From Chloroflexota bacterium (GTDB lineage Bacteria > Chloroflexota > Limnocylindria > Limnocylindrales > CSP1-4): 64,000 nucleotides of DNA. The stretch spans positions 9,223-73,222 of the forward strand of contig PNAP01000047.1 in NCBI GenBank assembly GCA_003169735.1, given 5' to 3'. The translations under genes and the position numbers were made by a program. The notes beneath the pieces are model-generated. The model was given only the letters and a program-made list of their open reading frames with translations, was not told the DNA's origin and ran no database searches. The stretch's first letter is position 1, and the number at the start of each line of letters is the position of its first letter. Positions 18,581-28,217 of this stretch are shown here, in pieces.

Positions 18581-19370
18581 CCTGACGATCGTCGTGCCGG
18601 CCTACGACGAGGCGGCACGGATCGGGCCGGCTCTCGACGAGTTGTTCGGCTATCTCCGCCGCAAGGGACCGCCGCGCGAGGGGGGCCGCACCGCCGAGGA
18701 ACTCGGCCGCTGGGACGTGCTCGTCGTCGACGACGGCAGCTCCGACGGCACGGCCGAGCTGGTCGAGGCACGTCCGGAGGCCCAGGGCCACGAGCCGCGC
18801 CTGAGGGTGCTGCGTCGCCCGCATCATGGCAAGGGCGCCGCGGTCCGTGCCGGGATGCTCGCCGCGACCGGCGATCTCGTCGTCTTCACCGATGCCGACC
18901 TCGCGACCCCGCCCGACCAGCTGCCGCTGCTGACTGATGCGCTGATGGATCACGATGTCGCGCTGGGCAGCCGCGTCCAGCCCGATGGCAGCGACCGGCG
19001 CGCCAGCCAGCCCGCGTTCCGCCGCCTGCTCGGTCGGTTCTTTCGAGCCCTTGCCGGTGCTTGGGCGACCGGCGCCGTCCCTGACACGCAGTGCGGCTTC
19101 AAGGGCTTCCATCGGGAAGTGGCGGCCGACCTCTTCGCGCGGCAACACATCGAGAGCATCGCCTTCGACGCCGAGATCATCCACCTGGCTCGCCGCCGCG
19201 GTTATCGCAGCGCCATCGTGCCCGTCCAGTGGTCGGACAAGCGCGGATCGCGGATGCACGTCAGCGCACGGCTGGCGATGCGCGTCGCGTTCGATCTCGT
19301 GACCATCCCGATCATCCATCGCGGCGTGCGGCCCGCCCGAGAGGAAGCCGTCGCGGCGGTCGACGCGTGA
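18558..19370 (+). CDS. GT2 polyprenyl/dolichyl-phosphate sugar synthase-like glycosyltransferase
   Basis: LTIVVPAYDEAARI, VLVVDDGSSDGT, FTDADL and DTQCGFKGF are hallmarks of DPM1/Ppm1/dolichyl-phosphate glucosyltransferase-type GT2 enzymes. Confidence 0.8.
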   Translation: MPPGQSPSLTIVVPAYDEAARIGPALDELFGYLRRKGPPREGGRTAEELGRWDVLVVDDGSSDGTAELVEARPEAQGHEPRLRVLRRPHHGKGAAVRAGMLAATGDLVVFTDADLATPPDQLPLLTDALMDHDVALGSRVQPDGSDRRASQPAFRRLLGRFFRALAGAWATGAVPDTQCGFKGFHREVAADLFARQHIESIAFDAEIIHLARRRGYRSAIVPVQWSDKRGSRMHVSARLAMRVAFDLVTIPIIHRGVRPAREEAVAAVDA

Positions 19371-19519
19371 CCGGCTGACCGGACCTTCGACGCGTCACCG
19401 CCACGCACGCTGGTCTGGCCGCGCCCGATGGTATCCTCGCCCGTGGACGAAGTCGCTATAACGACCGTTCGCCGGATGACGAACACGGCTCGCCCGCCCT
19501 ACCACTGTCAGACAACAGG

Positions 19520-20719
19520 ATGACCACCCGCCTGACCGCATCGCAGACCCCCATCCGGACCTTGGCCGCCAGTCCGCTCGTCGCCGTCCCCTTCGCCTTC
19601 GACGCGATTCCGCGAGCGGCCTGGGACCGATCGCTGGCGGCAACGCCGGCCGCCACGCCGTTCAGCCGGTGGACCTACCACCGCGCCTGGTGGGACGCGT
19701 ACAGCGCCACGGCGCATCCGCAGTACCTGTGTTGCTTCGAGCCGGGTGACGCCGGACGGCACGATGCCGTCGCGATCCGCGCCATCGTGCCGTTGATGCA
19801 CCGTCATGAGGTCGAGGCGGAGGACGCGCAGACCGCGACCACCTTCCGTCATTCGGACGTCCGCTCGAGCCCGGGCGGGGCCGCCGTCCCCGACGATGCC
19901 AAGGCCATCTTCATGGCCGCCAGCTATCACACGGACTACGCCACGCTGCTGTGCGACCCGACCGACCTGCCGGCCGTCGCCGATGCCGTGGTGACCTATC
20001 TGGCCGGTCCGCCCGATGCCGATCACGGCGATCGCGACTGGGACGTCATCGACCTGCGGCGCCTGCGGGGTTCTGACCCGGCGCTACCTGCGCTCGAGGC
20101 GGCATTTCAGCGACTCGCCGCCGACCACGGTTGGGACGTCACGGTCGAGGTCGAGGACGTCTGCCCGGTCGTGACGCTGGCCGACGGCGACTGGGAGGCG
20201 TACCTCTCATCACTCGACAAGAAGGCCCGCCACGAGATCCGGCGCAAGATCCGCCGCGCCGAGGACGTCGGTGAGATCCGTTTCGAGATGCTCGAGCCCG
20301 ATGCCGCGGCCGTCGACGCGTTCATCGCCCTCCACCAGGCGCGCTGGGGCGCCGAGGGGCTCTTCCCCGACACGCCGGGCGGTGCGCTGAGCCGGCGATT
20401 CATCCATCGCCTGGCTGAGCTGGAAGCGGCGGAAGGATCCGGCCGCAGCCTGGAGCTCGGTCAGGTGCGGGTCGGCGAGCGCATCATCTTCGCCACGGTC
20501 GGCTTCGCCAGTGGCGCCACGTGCTACTTCTACAACGCCGGCATGGATCCCGACGCGCGCGATCTCTCGCCCGGTGTCACCGGTACCGCGGCCTACCTGC
20601 GCGACCGCATCGCCGCGGGGGTGCGACGCTTCGACTTCCTGCGCGGCAACGAGGGCTACAAGTACGAGTGGGGCGCGGTCGACGAGCCGATCCACCGGTT
20701 GCTGGTGACGAGGCGCTGA
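19520..20719 (+). CDS. CelD/BcsL-like GNAT (Acetyltransf_6, FemAB-like) protein
   Basis: C-terminal block FYNAGMDPDARDLSPGVTGTAAYLRDRIAAGVRRFDFLRGNEGYKYEWGA is typical of this family. Confidence 0.65.
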   Translation: MTTRLTASQTPIRTLAASPLVAVPFAFDAIPRAAWDRSLAATPAATPFSRWTYHRAWWDAYSATAHPQYLCCFEPGDAGRHDAVAIRAIVPLMHRHEVEAEDAQTATTFRHSDVRSSPGGAAVPDDAKAIFMAASYHTDYATLLCDPTDLPAVADAVVTYLAGPPDADHGDRDWDVIDLRRLRGSDPALPALEAAFQRLAADHGWDVTVEVEDVCPVVTLADGDWEAYLSSLDKKARHEIRRKIRRAEDVGEIRFEMLEPDAAAVDAFIALHQARWGAEGLFPDTPGGALSRRFIHRLAELEAAEGSGRSLELGQVRVGERIIFATVGFASGATCYFYNAGMDPDARDLSPGVTGTAAYLRDRIAAGVRRFDFLRGNEGYKYEWGAVDEPIHRLLVTRR

Positions 20720-20723
20720 TGAG

Positions 20724-21989
20724 ATGACCGCGCCCGTCCTGACCGACCCCTGTTTCGATCACCCGGTGCGTTCGCCACTTCCCGGTGGCGGCCGCATCCG
20801 CGTCGTCGAGGTGTTGGCGACGGGCTCCAATGGCGGCGCGCAGGAACACGTCTGGTCGCTCCTCAGTCGACTCGACCGGACGCGCTACGACGTCCTCGTC
20901 ATCAGCCTGAGCGACGGCAATACGGTCCGCCGGCTGCGCAGCCTCGGGTACCCGGTGGCCGTGGTCGCGGAAACTGACGACAAGGCCGCGCTGGACGCCG
21001 TGGTCGACATCCTGGCGCAGCGGCCGCCGGACATCATCCACGACCACATGTACCGGGCCGAGGTGATCGGCACGCGCGCCGCGCTCGCCTTGGGTGAGCG
21101 AGGGTTCGATCGGCCGTATGTCATCGGAACGGTCCACTCCAGCCGCGTCCGCAGTTTCGAGGATCGGGCAGTCCTACTGGCGCTCACGGCATCGATGGAC
21201 CGCCTCGTGGCGGTGAGCGAGTCCATCGTCGCCAAGATCCACGCCGAGGGCCGCGACATCATCCCCGTGGAGCTCATCTACAACGGCGTGGACCTGTCGC
21301 GCTACGACCACCAGGAAGCGTGTTGCACGTTGCCCGAGGAATACGGCTTCCCGGTCGGCACGCCGCTGGTCGGCGTCGTGGCTCGGCTCGAACCCGAGAA
21401 GGGCCATCGCACCCTGCTCGACGCGTGGCCGCTGGTGCTTGATCGCGTGCCATCGGCGCGACTGCTCATCGTCGGCGAAGGGTCCCAGCGCGAGGCACTG
21501 GAAGAGCAGGCCGACGGGCTCGGGATCCTCGGAGAGGCCTGCTCCGGCGACCGTTGCGTCGGCACGCGCGAGGCGCGACCAGGAGCGCGGGTCGTCTTCA
21601 CCGGTCGTCGCGACGACGTGCCGGCCGTCACCGCCGCGCTCGATGTCGCCGTGCTGCCATCGTATCGCGAGGCGCAGGGCATCGTCATCCTCGAGGCGAT
21701 GGCACTCTCGCGGCCGGTCGTGGCGACCAACGTCGGCGGCATCCCGGAGATGATCGAGGACGGCGTGACCGGCCTTCTCGTACCGCCGGCTGACCCGGTG
21801 GCGCTGGCGGCGGCGATCAGTCGGCTCTTGACCGACCACCCGTTGGCGGACACGCTCGCCCGTGCCGGCCACGACCGCGCGCACGACCGCTTCTGCATCG
21901 AGCGAATGGTGACCGAGATCCAGAACCTCTACGACGAGGGTGCGGCGACGCGCGCAACCCGAGCCGGCGGTTCGCGCTCCGCGGCTTAG
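20724..21989 (+). CDS. GT4 family glycosyltransferase (GT-B, Glycos_transf_1)
   Basis: VARLEPEKGHRTLLDAW...VVFTGRRDDV...LPSYREAQGIVILEAMALSRPVVATNVGGIPEMIEDGVTGLLVPP matches the EX7E-type GT4 signature. Confidence 0.85.
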   Translation: MTAPVLTDPCFDHPVRSPLPGGGRIRVVEVLATGSNGGAQEHVWSLLSRLDRTRYDVLVISLSDGNTVRRLRSLGYPVAVVAETDDKAALDAVVDILAQRPPDIIHDHMYRAEVIGTRAALALGERGFDRPYVIGTVHSSRVRSFEDRAVLLALTASMDRLVAVSESIVAKIHAEGRDIIPVELIYNGVDLSRYDHQEACCTLPEEYGFPVGTPLVGVVARLEPEKGHRTLLDAWPLVLDRVPSARLLIVGEGSQREALEEQADGLGILGEACSGDRCVGTREARPGARVVFTGRRDDVPAVTAALDVAVLPSYREAQGIVILEAMALSRPVVATNVGGIPEMIEDGVTGLLVPPADPVALAAAISRLLTDHPLADTLARAGHDRAHDRFCIERMVTEIQNLYDEGAATRATRAGGSRSAA

Positions 21990-23053
21990 GGCTTCACGGC
22001 GCTCCAGTAGCGCTCCGCGTAGCCATCGACGCCACCTGCCTGCGCTACCCGCGCGTGGTAACCGTATAGGTCGTCGAGCATGCCCTGGTCGCTTGAGAAC
22101 AGTCGCTGCACCTGGCTGGCGTACAGGCGGAGTCCGGCAGCCTTCCGTTCCATCTCCTCGGTGATGTCGCTGTAGCGTGCCTCGAGCCCGACGCCGACGG
22201 GCAGCTGGACCGCGTCGCCGAGCTGGCCAAGCCCACTGAAGTCGTGCCACCACGCGTACGGGAAGTCCTCGTAGAAGGTCAGCCGCCCGGCCATCTCGGG
22301 GCCGGGCATCACCCACCGTCGCTCCTCGGCGAGCATCGTCAGGCCGACCTCGCGGCAGAGCTGATGGTCCACGTGGTTCCCGACCGCCAGCGGGAAATAG
22401 ACCATCTGCGGCTCGAGGCGAAGGATCTCCTGGCGCAGGATCTCGTATGGCGGCGGATCGTCATCACGCGGCGCCCCGAGGAGTTGCTCGTCGCCTTCGT
22501 AGCCGCGATAGACCGCGTCGGGCAGATCGAGGAGCACCACCGACGCGACCTCGAACCACGCGTAGCGCTCGTCCTCGGCCCTTCGGATGGCCGTCGCGTC
22601 GGCCGTCGCGAAGTCGATCGGCGTGAGCGTGCCCTGGGAGGGCACGCCGTCGGAGAGTGGCCGCGCGGCGCTCTCAGCGTTGGTGACGTTGGCGCTGCGG
22701 CTCCATGACGAGCGCTGCCAGAACTGGCGCGCCTGGGTGTTGGCACGCTCCTGGGTCAGCGTGAGGCGGTCGGCGTCGGCCATCCACGGAGGCAGGCCGC
22801 GTCGATCGGGGGTGATCTCGTAGTCGGGCAGGATGTTGGTCCGCCGGAACGACTCGTAGTCGGGCCACATGACCTTGCTGCCGAACCCCAGCGCTTCGCG
22901 CTGATACTCGGTCAGGTCGCCACCGTCGCTCGGACCGCCAGAGAAGACCGAGATGATGGTCACGTTCTGGCCGAGTTCTCGCAGGCTCGCGATGAGCCCG
23001 CCGCAGGACAGGGCCGCGTCGTCAGGGTGGGGAGCGATGAAGACGTGGGTCAC
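21986..23053 (-). CDS. PIG-L/LmbE family deacetylase with C-terminal extension
   Basis: N-terminal motif VFIAPHPDDAALSCGGLIA and a later HVDH motif (VGNHVDHQL). Confidence 0.8.
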   Translation of the reverse strand: MTHVFIAPHPDDAALSCGGLIASLRELGQNVTIISVFSGGPSDGGDLTEYQREALGFGSKVMWPDYESFRRTNILPDYEITPDRRGLPPWMADADRLTLTQERANTQARQFWQRSSWSRSANVTNAESAARPLSDGVPSQGTLTPIDFATADATAIRRAEDERYAWFEVASVVLLDLPDAVYRGYEGDEQLLGAPRDDDPPPYEILRQEILRLEPQMVYFPLAVGNHVDHQLCREVGLTMLAEERRWVMPGPEMAGRLTFYEDFPYAWWHDFSGLGQLGDAVQLPVGVGLEARYSDITEEMERKAAGLRLYASQVQRLFSSDQGMLDDLYGYHARVAQAGGVDGYAERYWSAVKP

Positions 23054-23075
23054 GGCGCCGAGGATACCGTCTGGC

Positions 23076-23774
23076 TCACGCCTCCGCGAAACCGAAACGA
23101 CCGATCAACGGCACGAACACGCACGGCTCCAATTCCTCGCGCCGAAAACCCTCCACGGTCCGCTCGACGAGGGTCAACCACTGGTGCTCGCGGCGCCCCA
23201 CCGGCGCCACAAGTCGGCCACCGAGGGCGAGCTGGTCGGGCAGCGGATCGGGGATGGCCGGTGCCGCAGCGCCGACCACGATCGCGGCGTAGGGAGCTGC
23301 GTCAGGGTACCCGGCCGACCCGTCGCCGACGATCACCACGATGCGCAGACCCAGGTTTGCGAAACGCTGCCTGGCCTCTTCGGCGAGGTCGGCATCTCTC
23401 TCCATCGAGGTGACCTCGGCGCCCATCGCCTCGAGGATCGCCGCCTGGTAGCCGGATCCGGTCCCGACATCGAGCACCTTCGGCGTCTCGTCGCCGTGGT
23501 CCACTCGCCAGCGCGGCAGCTCGAGGGCCTCGGTCATGCGGGCCACGATGTACGGCTGGGAGATCGTCTGCCCACCCCCGATGCCGAGCGCCCGATCGTC
23601 ATAGGCAAGGCTGAGCATGCCCGGATCCACGAACCGCTCGCGGGGCACGCGGCCCATCGCTGCCAGGACCTCCGGCGCTCGGATGCCGCGGCCGCGCAGC
23701 TGCCGCTCGACCATCTCGGCCCGGAGATCACCCCAGCGCCGCTCGTCCTCGAGTCGGATGGCCGGGCGGCGCAT
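23076..23774 (-). CDS. pcm: protein-L-isoaspartate O-methyltransferase
   Basis: GQTISQPYIVARMTE and the SAM motif VLDVGTGSGYQAAILE. Confidence 0.9.
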   Translation of the reverse strand: MRRPAIRLEDERRWGDLRAEMVERQLRGRGIRAPEVLAAMGRVPRERFVDPGMLSLAYDDRALGIGGGQTISQPYIVARMTEALELPRWRVDHGDETPKVLDVGTGSGYQAAILEAMGAEVTSMERDADLAEEARQRFANLGLRIVVIVGDGSAGYPDAAPYAAIVVGAAAPAIPDPLPDQLALGGRLVAPVGRREHQWLTLVERTVEGFRREELEPCVFVPLIGRFGFAEA

Positions 23775-23788
23775 GTCAGTCGCTCAAC

Positions 23789-24466
23789 TCAACTCGGTGA
23801 CGGAGACGGCGACGGCGGCGGCGAAGGTGTGAGGGTCGACGTCGGCGCGCTGGAGGCGCTCGGCGAAGGCGACGGGCTGGGACTCGGACTGCTCGCGCTC
23901 GAGGTCGGGCTGGCCGAGGCACTCGGGCTCGGTGAAGCCGAAGGGCTCTGGCTCGCGCTCGCGCTCGGGCTCACGGACGGACTCGGGCTGACCACCGGTG
24001 ACTCGCTCGGGCTGGGCTCGACCGATGCCGACGGGACCGGAGGTTCTGTCGGTTCGAAGGACTTGGCGGGGAACGTCGGGCTGCCCTTCCCGAACAGCAG
24101 CACGATGACGAAGATGCCGATGAAGGCCACGGCGATGGCCGCGACATAAAACTTGGAGGTCCGGTCATCGATGTACGCCAGCTCGTCCTGTGGCGTTCGC
24201 GGGGCGGTCGGCTCGGCCTTGGCGGCGCCGCGACGACTCGACGCGACCACGACAGCGCCCGGAATGGGCTCGGTCGCAGCGCCCTCGTTTACCTCTTCGT
24301 CTGGCTCACCGGCTTCGTCGTTGACGCCGGCCGCGTCCGCATCGGCCGGCGCGTCGTGGTCGATCCCGGCGTCCGATGGTTGCCACGTGGTCGGCTCCGA
24401 TCCCTCGGGAGTGTCGTCGGACAGCGGCGGCTGGGGCTCCTCGTCCGCACCCGTGGGTCCCGTCAT
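23789..24466 (-). CDS. single-pass membrane protein with acidic N-terminus and Ser/Pro-repeat ectodomain
   Basis: TM is FYVAAIAVAFIGIFVIVLLF. The C-terminal ~90 aa are almost pure SPS/SAS repeats, and no catalytic motif is visible. Confidence 0.55.
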   Translation of the reverse strand: MTGPTGADEEPQPPLSDDTPEGSEPTTWQPSDAGIDHDAPADADAAGVNDEAGEPDEEVNEGAATEPIPGAVVVASSRRGAAKAEPTAPRTPQDELAYIDDRTSKFYVAAIAVAFIGIFVIVLLFGKGSPTFPAKSFEPTEPPVPSASVEPSPSESPVVSPSPSVSPSASASQSPSASPSPSASASPTSSASSPSPSPSPSPSASSAPTSTLTPSPPPSPSPSPS

Positions 24467-24598
24467 GCGTGTTGACTCCTCATCGGTGGCCGTCTGAAGG
24501 TCGCGAAGCGTCGGCGCACGGCCGCGGTCATGCTCTCGCGAGGGCGATCATCGCATAGCGCCACGCTGATCGCGCGGGGCATCCCCCGCCACGCTACG

Positions 24599-26584
24599 TC
24601 ACGCATCCCGCACGGCCGGCAGCATCCAGCCGGCGACCGCGGCGGCGACGGTGACGACGCCGGAAAGGGCGATGACCAGCCCGACCGGCATGATCTCGGC
24701 CAGGACGCCGGAAACCGCCATCGCCCCGGTCATCGCACCGAACACGAGCGTCGACCGAAACGCCACGACACGGCCGAGGTAGCCCTCCGGCGTGAGTTGC
24801 GCGAAGAGTGTCTGCGATGGGATGACGTAGACGAGATTGGCGACGCCCGAGATCGCCGCCGCGATGAGTGCCACGACCACGTTCCCGGTCAGGCCAAGCA
24901 CGGTCGTCGAGAGCCCCATGACGAGGAACCCGGCCACGACCATGCGGCCCTTACCCAGCTTGGCGCCGATCAGTCCGACCGCCACGCCGCCAGCCAGGTT
25001 GCCGATGCCGATGGCCGTCTCGATGGCCGCGTAATTCGCCGGGTAGCCGATGAGGCGTCCGTCGAGCGCCTGCTGTGCATACACGACCATCAGCGCGAGG
25101 GTGGATCCGATCGACAACTGCGCGAACGTGCTGACGAGCGTGTTCTGGAAGAGCACCGGTTGACGGCGCAGCACGGCCCAGCCGTCCCGCAGCTCGGCGG
25201 TGAACGCCTGCAACGCTCCGACGACGCGGGGCACGGTCGCGCGCGCAAGGGCCGGTATGGTGATGCTGGCGACGAGGGTGGCACTCACGAGGTAGCTGGC
25301 CGAGTCGGCAAAGAACGCAAGCGCAAGTCGATCGCCGAGGAACGCCACGAACAGGCCGGCCAACGGATAGCCGAGGATGTCGGCCATCGTCTCGCCGGTC
25401 CACGTCGCGCTGTTGGCCGCCATCAGGTCGTCCGGATGGACAAGGCGGGGCACGACAACGGCTTTGGCCGGCCGAAAGAAGAGACTGACCGAGGTGATGG
25501 CGAAGACGAGCGGATAGACGAGCACGATGTCCGTGGAAGCGGCGGCCGGGATGAGAAGGACCATGCCGGCGCGCAACAGGTCGGACACGATCATCACCCG
25601 CTTGTGGTTCCAGCGATCGACGAAGGTGCCGGCGATCGGGCCGAGGAGCAGATTGGGCAGCGTGGCGGCCAGGAAGACGAGGCCGGTCGCGAGCGCCGAC
25701 TTGGTCGTTGCGAGGACCATGACGCCGAGGGCGACCTGGTTCAGCCGGTCCCCGAAAAGGCTGATGGTCTGGCCGAGCCAGAACGCACTGAACCGAGCAT
25801 CGAGCGCCAGGCGGACATACGGGTGGGCGCGGATCCGCGTCCGCAAGACCGGCCGCGGGACGGTGACCGCGACGCCGATCCGGCTGACCGCTGTGGCTGG
25901 GCTGCCCAGACTGCCCGGCCCGGCCGTCATCGGCAGACCGGGGCCCATCCCACCGCCGAGGACCATCGGCCGATCGATCGCGGCTGAGGTGCTGCTCGTT
26001 CCGCGCCACAGCGCGACCCCTGACGCGTCGGGCGATGGATCACCGTGCAGGAGCGTACTGAAGATGAACCAGCCAAGCCCGATGGCGATGAACAGATCCC
26101 CCAGGCTGACGAGGTTGCCCAAGACCGGCAGGGGGATCGGGACGATGTCACCAAGCGGTCCCGCCCGCAGCAAGAAGTCGAGGCTCAGGTCATTCGGAAG
26201 GGCGACGTTGAACGTCGGTGAGAGATCGGCCGGAGAGAAGCCGGCCGCCGCCAGCGCAGGGAGCGAGACGGGCATCCAACCGCCGTTGGCGATGATCGCG
26301 ATGCCGTTCGCGGCGACTCCGGCCGCCACGAGAGAGAGGCCTGGGTGACGACGATTCAGCCACAGGCCGGTACCAAGGATCAGGAAGGCACCGGCCAGGA
26401 GCGGCAGCCGGAGTGTGTCGGCGAGACCGATTCCGCTCGCGATCGCGAACTGCGTCCCGTAACGCAGCCCAACGGCGACGAACATGAGGGCCGCGAAGCG
26501 AAGGCGGACGTTGATGAGACTGTCCAGGTGCCCGCCGAGCGCGAGGCCGAGGATGAGGCCTGCCAGCGAGCCGATGATGATCAC
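24599..26584 (-). CDS. MFS transporter fused to an N-terminal DUF5317-like membrane domain
   Basis: The first ~200 aa form a small polytopic domain (MIIIGSLAGLILGLALGGHLDSLINVRLRF...), assigned to DUF5317 from memory. A 12-TM MFS core follows after a Gly/Pro linker, in one uninterrupted frame. Confidence 0.7.
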   Translation of the reverse strand: MIIIGSLAGLILGLALGGHLDSLINVRLRFAALMFVAVGLRYGTQFAIASGIGLADTLRLPLLAGAFLILGTGLWLNRRHPGLSLVAAGVAANGIAIIANGGWMPVSLPALAAAGFSPADLSPTFNVALPNDLSLDFLLRAGPLGDIVPIPLPVLGNLVSLGDLFIAIGLGWFIFSTLLHGDPSPDASGVALWRGTSSTSAAIDRPMVLGGGMGPGLPMTAGPGSLGSPATAVSRIGVAVTVPRPVLRTRIRAHPYVRLALDARFSAFWLGQTISLFGDRLNQVALGVMVLATTKSALATGLVFLAATLPNLLLGPIAGTFVDRWNHKRVMIVSDLLRAGMVLLIPAAASTDIVLVYPLVFAITSVSLFFRPAKAVVVPRLVHPDDLMAANSATWTGETMADILGYPLAGLFVAFLGDRLALAFFADSASYLVSATLVASITIPALARATVPRVVGALQAFTAELRDGWAVLRRQPVLFQNTLVSTFAQLSIGSTLALMVVYAQQALDGRLIGYPANYAAIETAIGIGNLAGGVAVGLIGAKLGKGRMVVAGFLVMGLSTTVLGLTGNVVVALIAAAISGVANLVYVIPSQTLFAQLTPEGYLGRVVAFRSTLVFGAMTGAMAVSGVLAEIMPVGLVIALSGVVTVAAAVAGWMLPAVRDA

Positions 26585-26695
26585 GAATGCGAGCTCGGAC
26601 CGACTTCGCAGCTCATGGCGGAAACGTTAGCGTCCGCGATGGCCGGATGCCGGGCCCGTGCACGCCGTTCGCCGATGGACGCGCCCGACTGGTGT

Positions 26696-26722
26696 CACGG
26701 ACCGCGGGCGCTACGGTCCGTG
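26696..26722 (-). terminator. 9-bp GC hairpin downstream of the HD-GYP gene
   Basis: CACGGACCG (26696-26704) pairs with CGGTCCGTG (26714-26722). No U-tract follows. Confidence 0.25.
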
Positions 26723-26780
26723 GCCGAGGCATTCGGGCAGTCGGGGTTTCGGGCACGCAGATGGCCCGAGCCGCCTTGGG

Positions 26781-28217
26781 TCAGTGCGCCTCGGCCGGGC
26801 TCGAGTTCGCGGTGACGCCCTTGGCGCGCAGCGCTGCCACTTGGCCGAGCATCGGGATCGAAACCTCGTCAGCCGGGTCTTCGTCACGGTCGATGCGCAC
26901 CGCGCCCTTCGCCCACTCGGTCTTCTCGAAGGCAGCCACCACTCGGGGGTCGAATTGGATGCCGGTGAACGCATGGAGCTCGGCCAGGGCCTGGGCTGTC
27001 GTGAGGGGGATGAGCCGGTACGGCCGTGGTCGCGTCATGGCCTCGAAGGCGTCAGCCAGGTGCAGGATGCGCGCCAGGAAGGGGATCTCCTCGCCGACGA
27101 GGCGGTCCGGATAGCCCGACCCGTTGAACCACTCGTGGTGGTGGAGGATGATCGGCAACTCCGGCGCCAGCTTCTTGACGCCCTTCAGGATGTCGTGGCC
27201 CTTGCGCGGATGTTCGTTCATCCGCTCCCTCTCCTCCTTGTCCAGGCTCCCGGCCTTCAGGAGGACCGCATCAGGGATGCCGATCTTGCCCACATCGTGC
27301 AGCAGGCCGCCCCATTTGAGCTCCTCAAGCTGCCCTTCGCCGAGCCCAAGCACCCGCCCGATGTCCTCGGCGATCCGGCTGACCCACTCGCTGTGCCGCT
27401 TCGTCGACGGATCCCGCGCGTCGATCGCCGAAGCCAGCGCCGTAACCGTCTGCGTGAACATGTCCCGGATCTCGACCACGCTCGCGTACGCCGTCCGCGT
27501 CGTGTACAGCGGCAGCGCGAACACGAGCACACTGAGCGGTCCGATACTTCGGTATGCCTCCGCCATGAGCCATGCGACGGGAGCCAGCCCCAGAAGCGAC
27601 ACACCGAACGCCTTGATGCTCCCGACGAGAAGGACACGGAAGAGCTTGGCGTCGCGCAAGGCTATCGCGATGGCCGTGAGAACCTCGTTGGCGGCGAAGT
27701 ACACGCACCCGGACGCAGAGACCGCGACTAGGCTCATCAGCGATCCCGTTTGAAACGATCCGGGTGCCAAGAGCTGAAATGTGATTCCGGCGGCTACGGC
27801 AGGAATAACGGTCGCAGCGTGGTTGTAAAGCGACCCGTACCACGGGACCTCGAACCTCAACTCGCGCAGCTCGATGGTACCGATCAGCGCAACGATGCCC
27901 GCGGCCGTCGGCCCGCCCAGTGCAGCGACGGCGATGATTGGCGCGAAGGAGACGTTGACCATGCTGCCGCGTGGTGTGTGAACGGGAAAGCCTGCGGCCA
28001 CGAGACAGAGCGCTGTCCAAAACGCCAGCCCGGCCGGATCGAGTCCAGCGGCGTCGCGACTAGTTGCGGGCCAGAGCGCCGCCGATGTCGCCAGTAAGAG
28101 TGCGCCTAGCCCAATGACGACGGCGAGCAGCGCTTTCAGAAGAGTTGACACCACGACCGCAGGCTCCCTAGTTCCGGCTCCGAACGCAAAGTATGGAGGC
28201 GCGGTTAGCGCCTCCAT
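26781..28217 (-). CDS. membrane-anchored HD-GYP domain protein (putative c-di-GMP phosphodiesterase)
   Basis: Polytopic N-terminal half. The C-terminal half has HSEWV...LLHDVGKIGIP...HHHEWFNGSGYPDRL (HD and GYP motifs). Confidence 0.85.
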   Translation of the reverse strand: MEALTAPPYFAFGAGTREPAVVVSTLLKALLAVVIGLGALLLATSAALWPATSRDAAGLDPAGLAFWTALCLVAAGFPVHTPRGSMVNVSFAPIIAVAALGGPTAAGIVALIGTIELRELRFEVPWYGSLYNHAATVIPAVAAGITFQLLAPGSFQTGSLMSLVAVSASGCVYFAANEVLTAIAIALRDAKLFRVLLVGSIKAFGVSLLGLAPVAWLMAEAYRSIGPLSVLVFALPLYTTRTAYASVVEIRDMFTQTVTALASAIDARDPSTKRHSEWVSRIAEDIGRVLGLGEGQLEELKWGGLLHDVGKIGIPDAVLLKAGSLDKEERERMNEHPRKGHDILKGVKKLAPELPIILHHHEWFNGSGYPDRLVGEEIPFLARILHLADAFEAMTRPRPYRLIPLTTAQALAELHAFTGIQFDPRVVAAFEKTEWAKGAVRIDRDEDPADEVSIPMLGQVAALRAKGVTANSSPAEAH

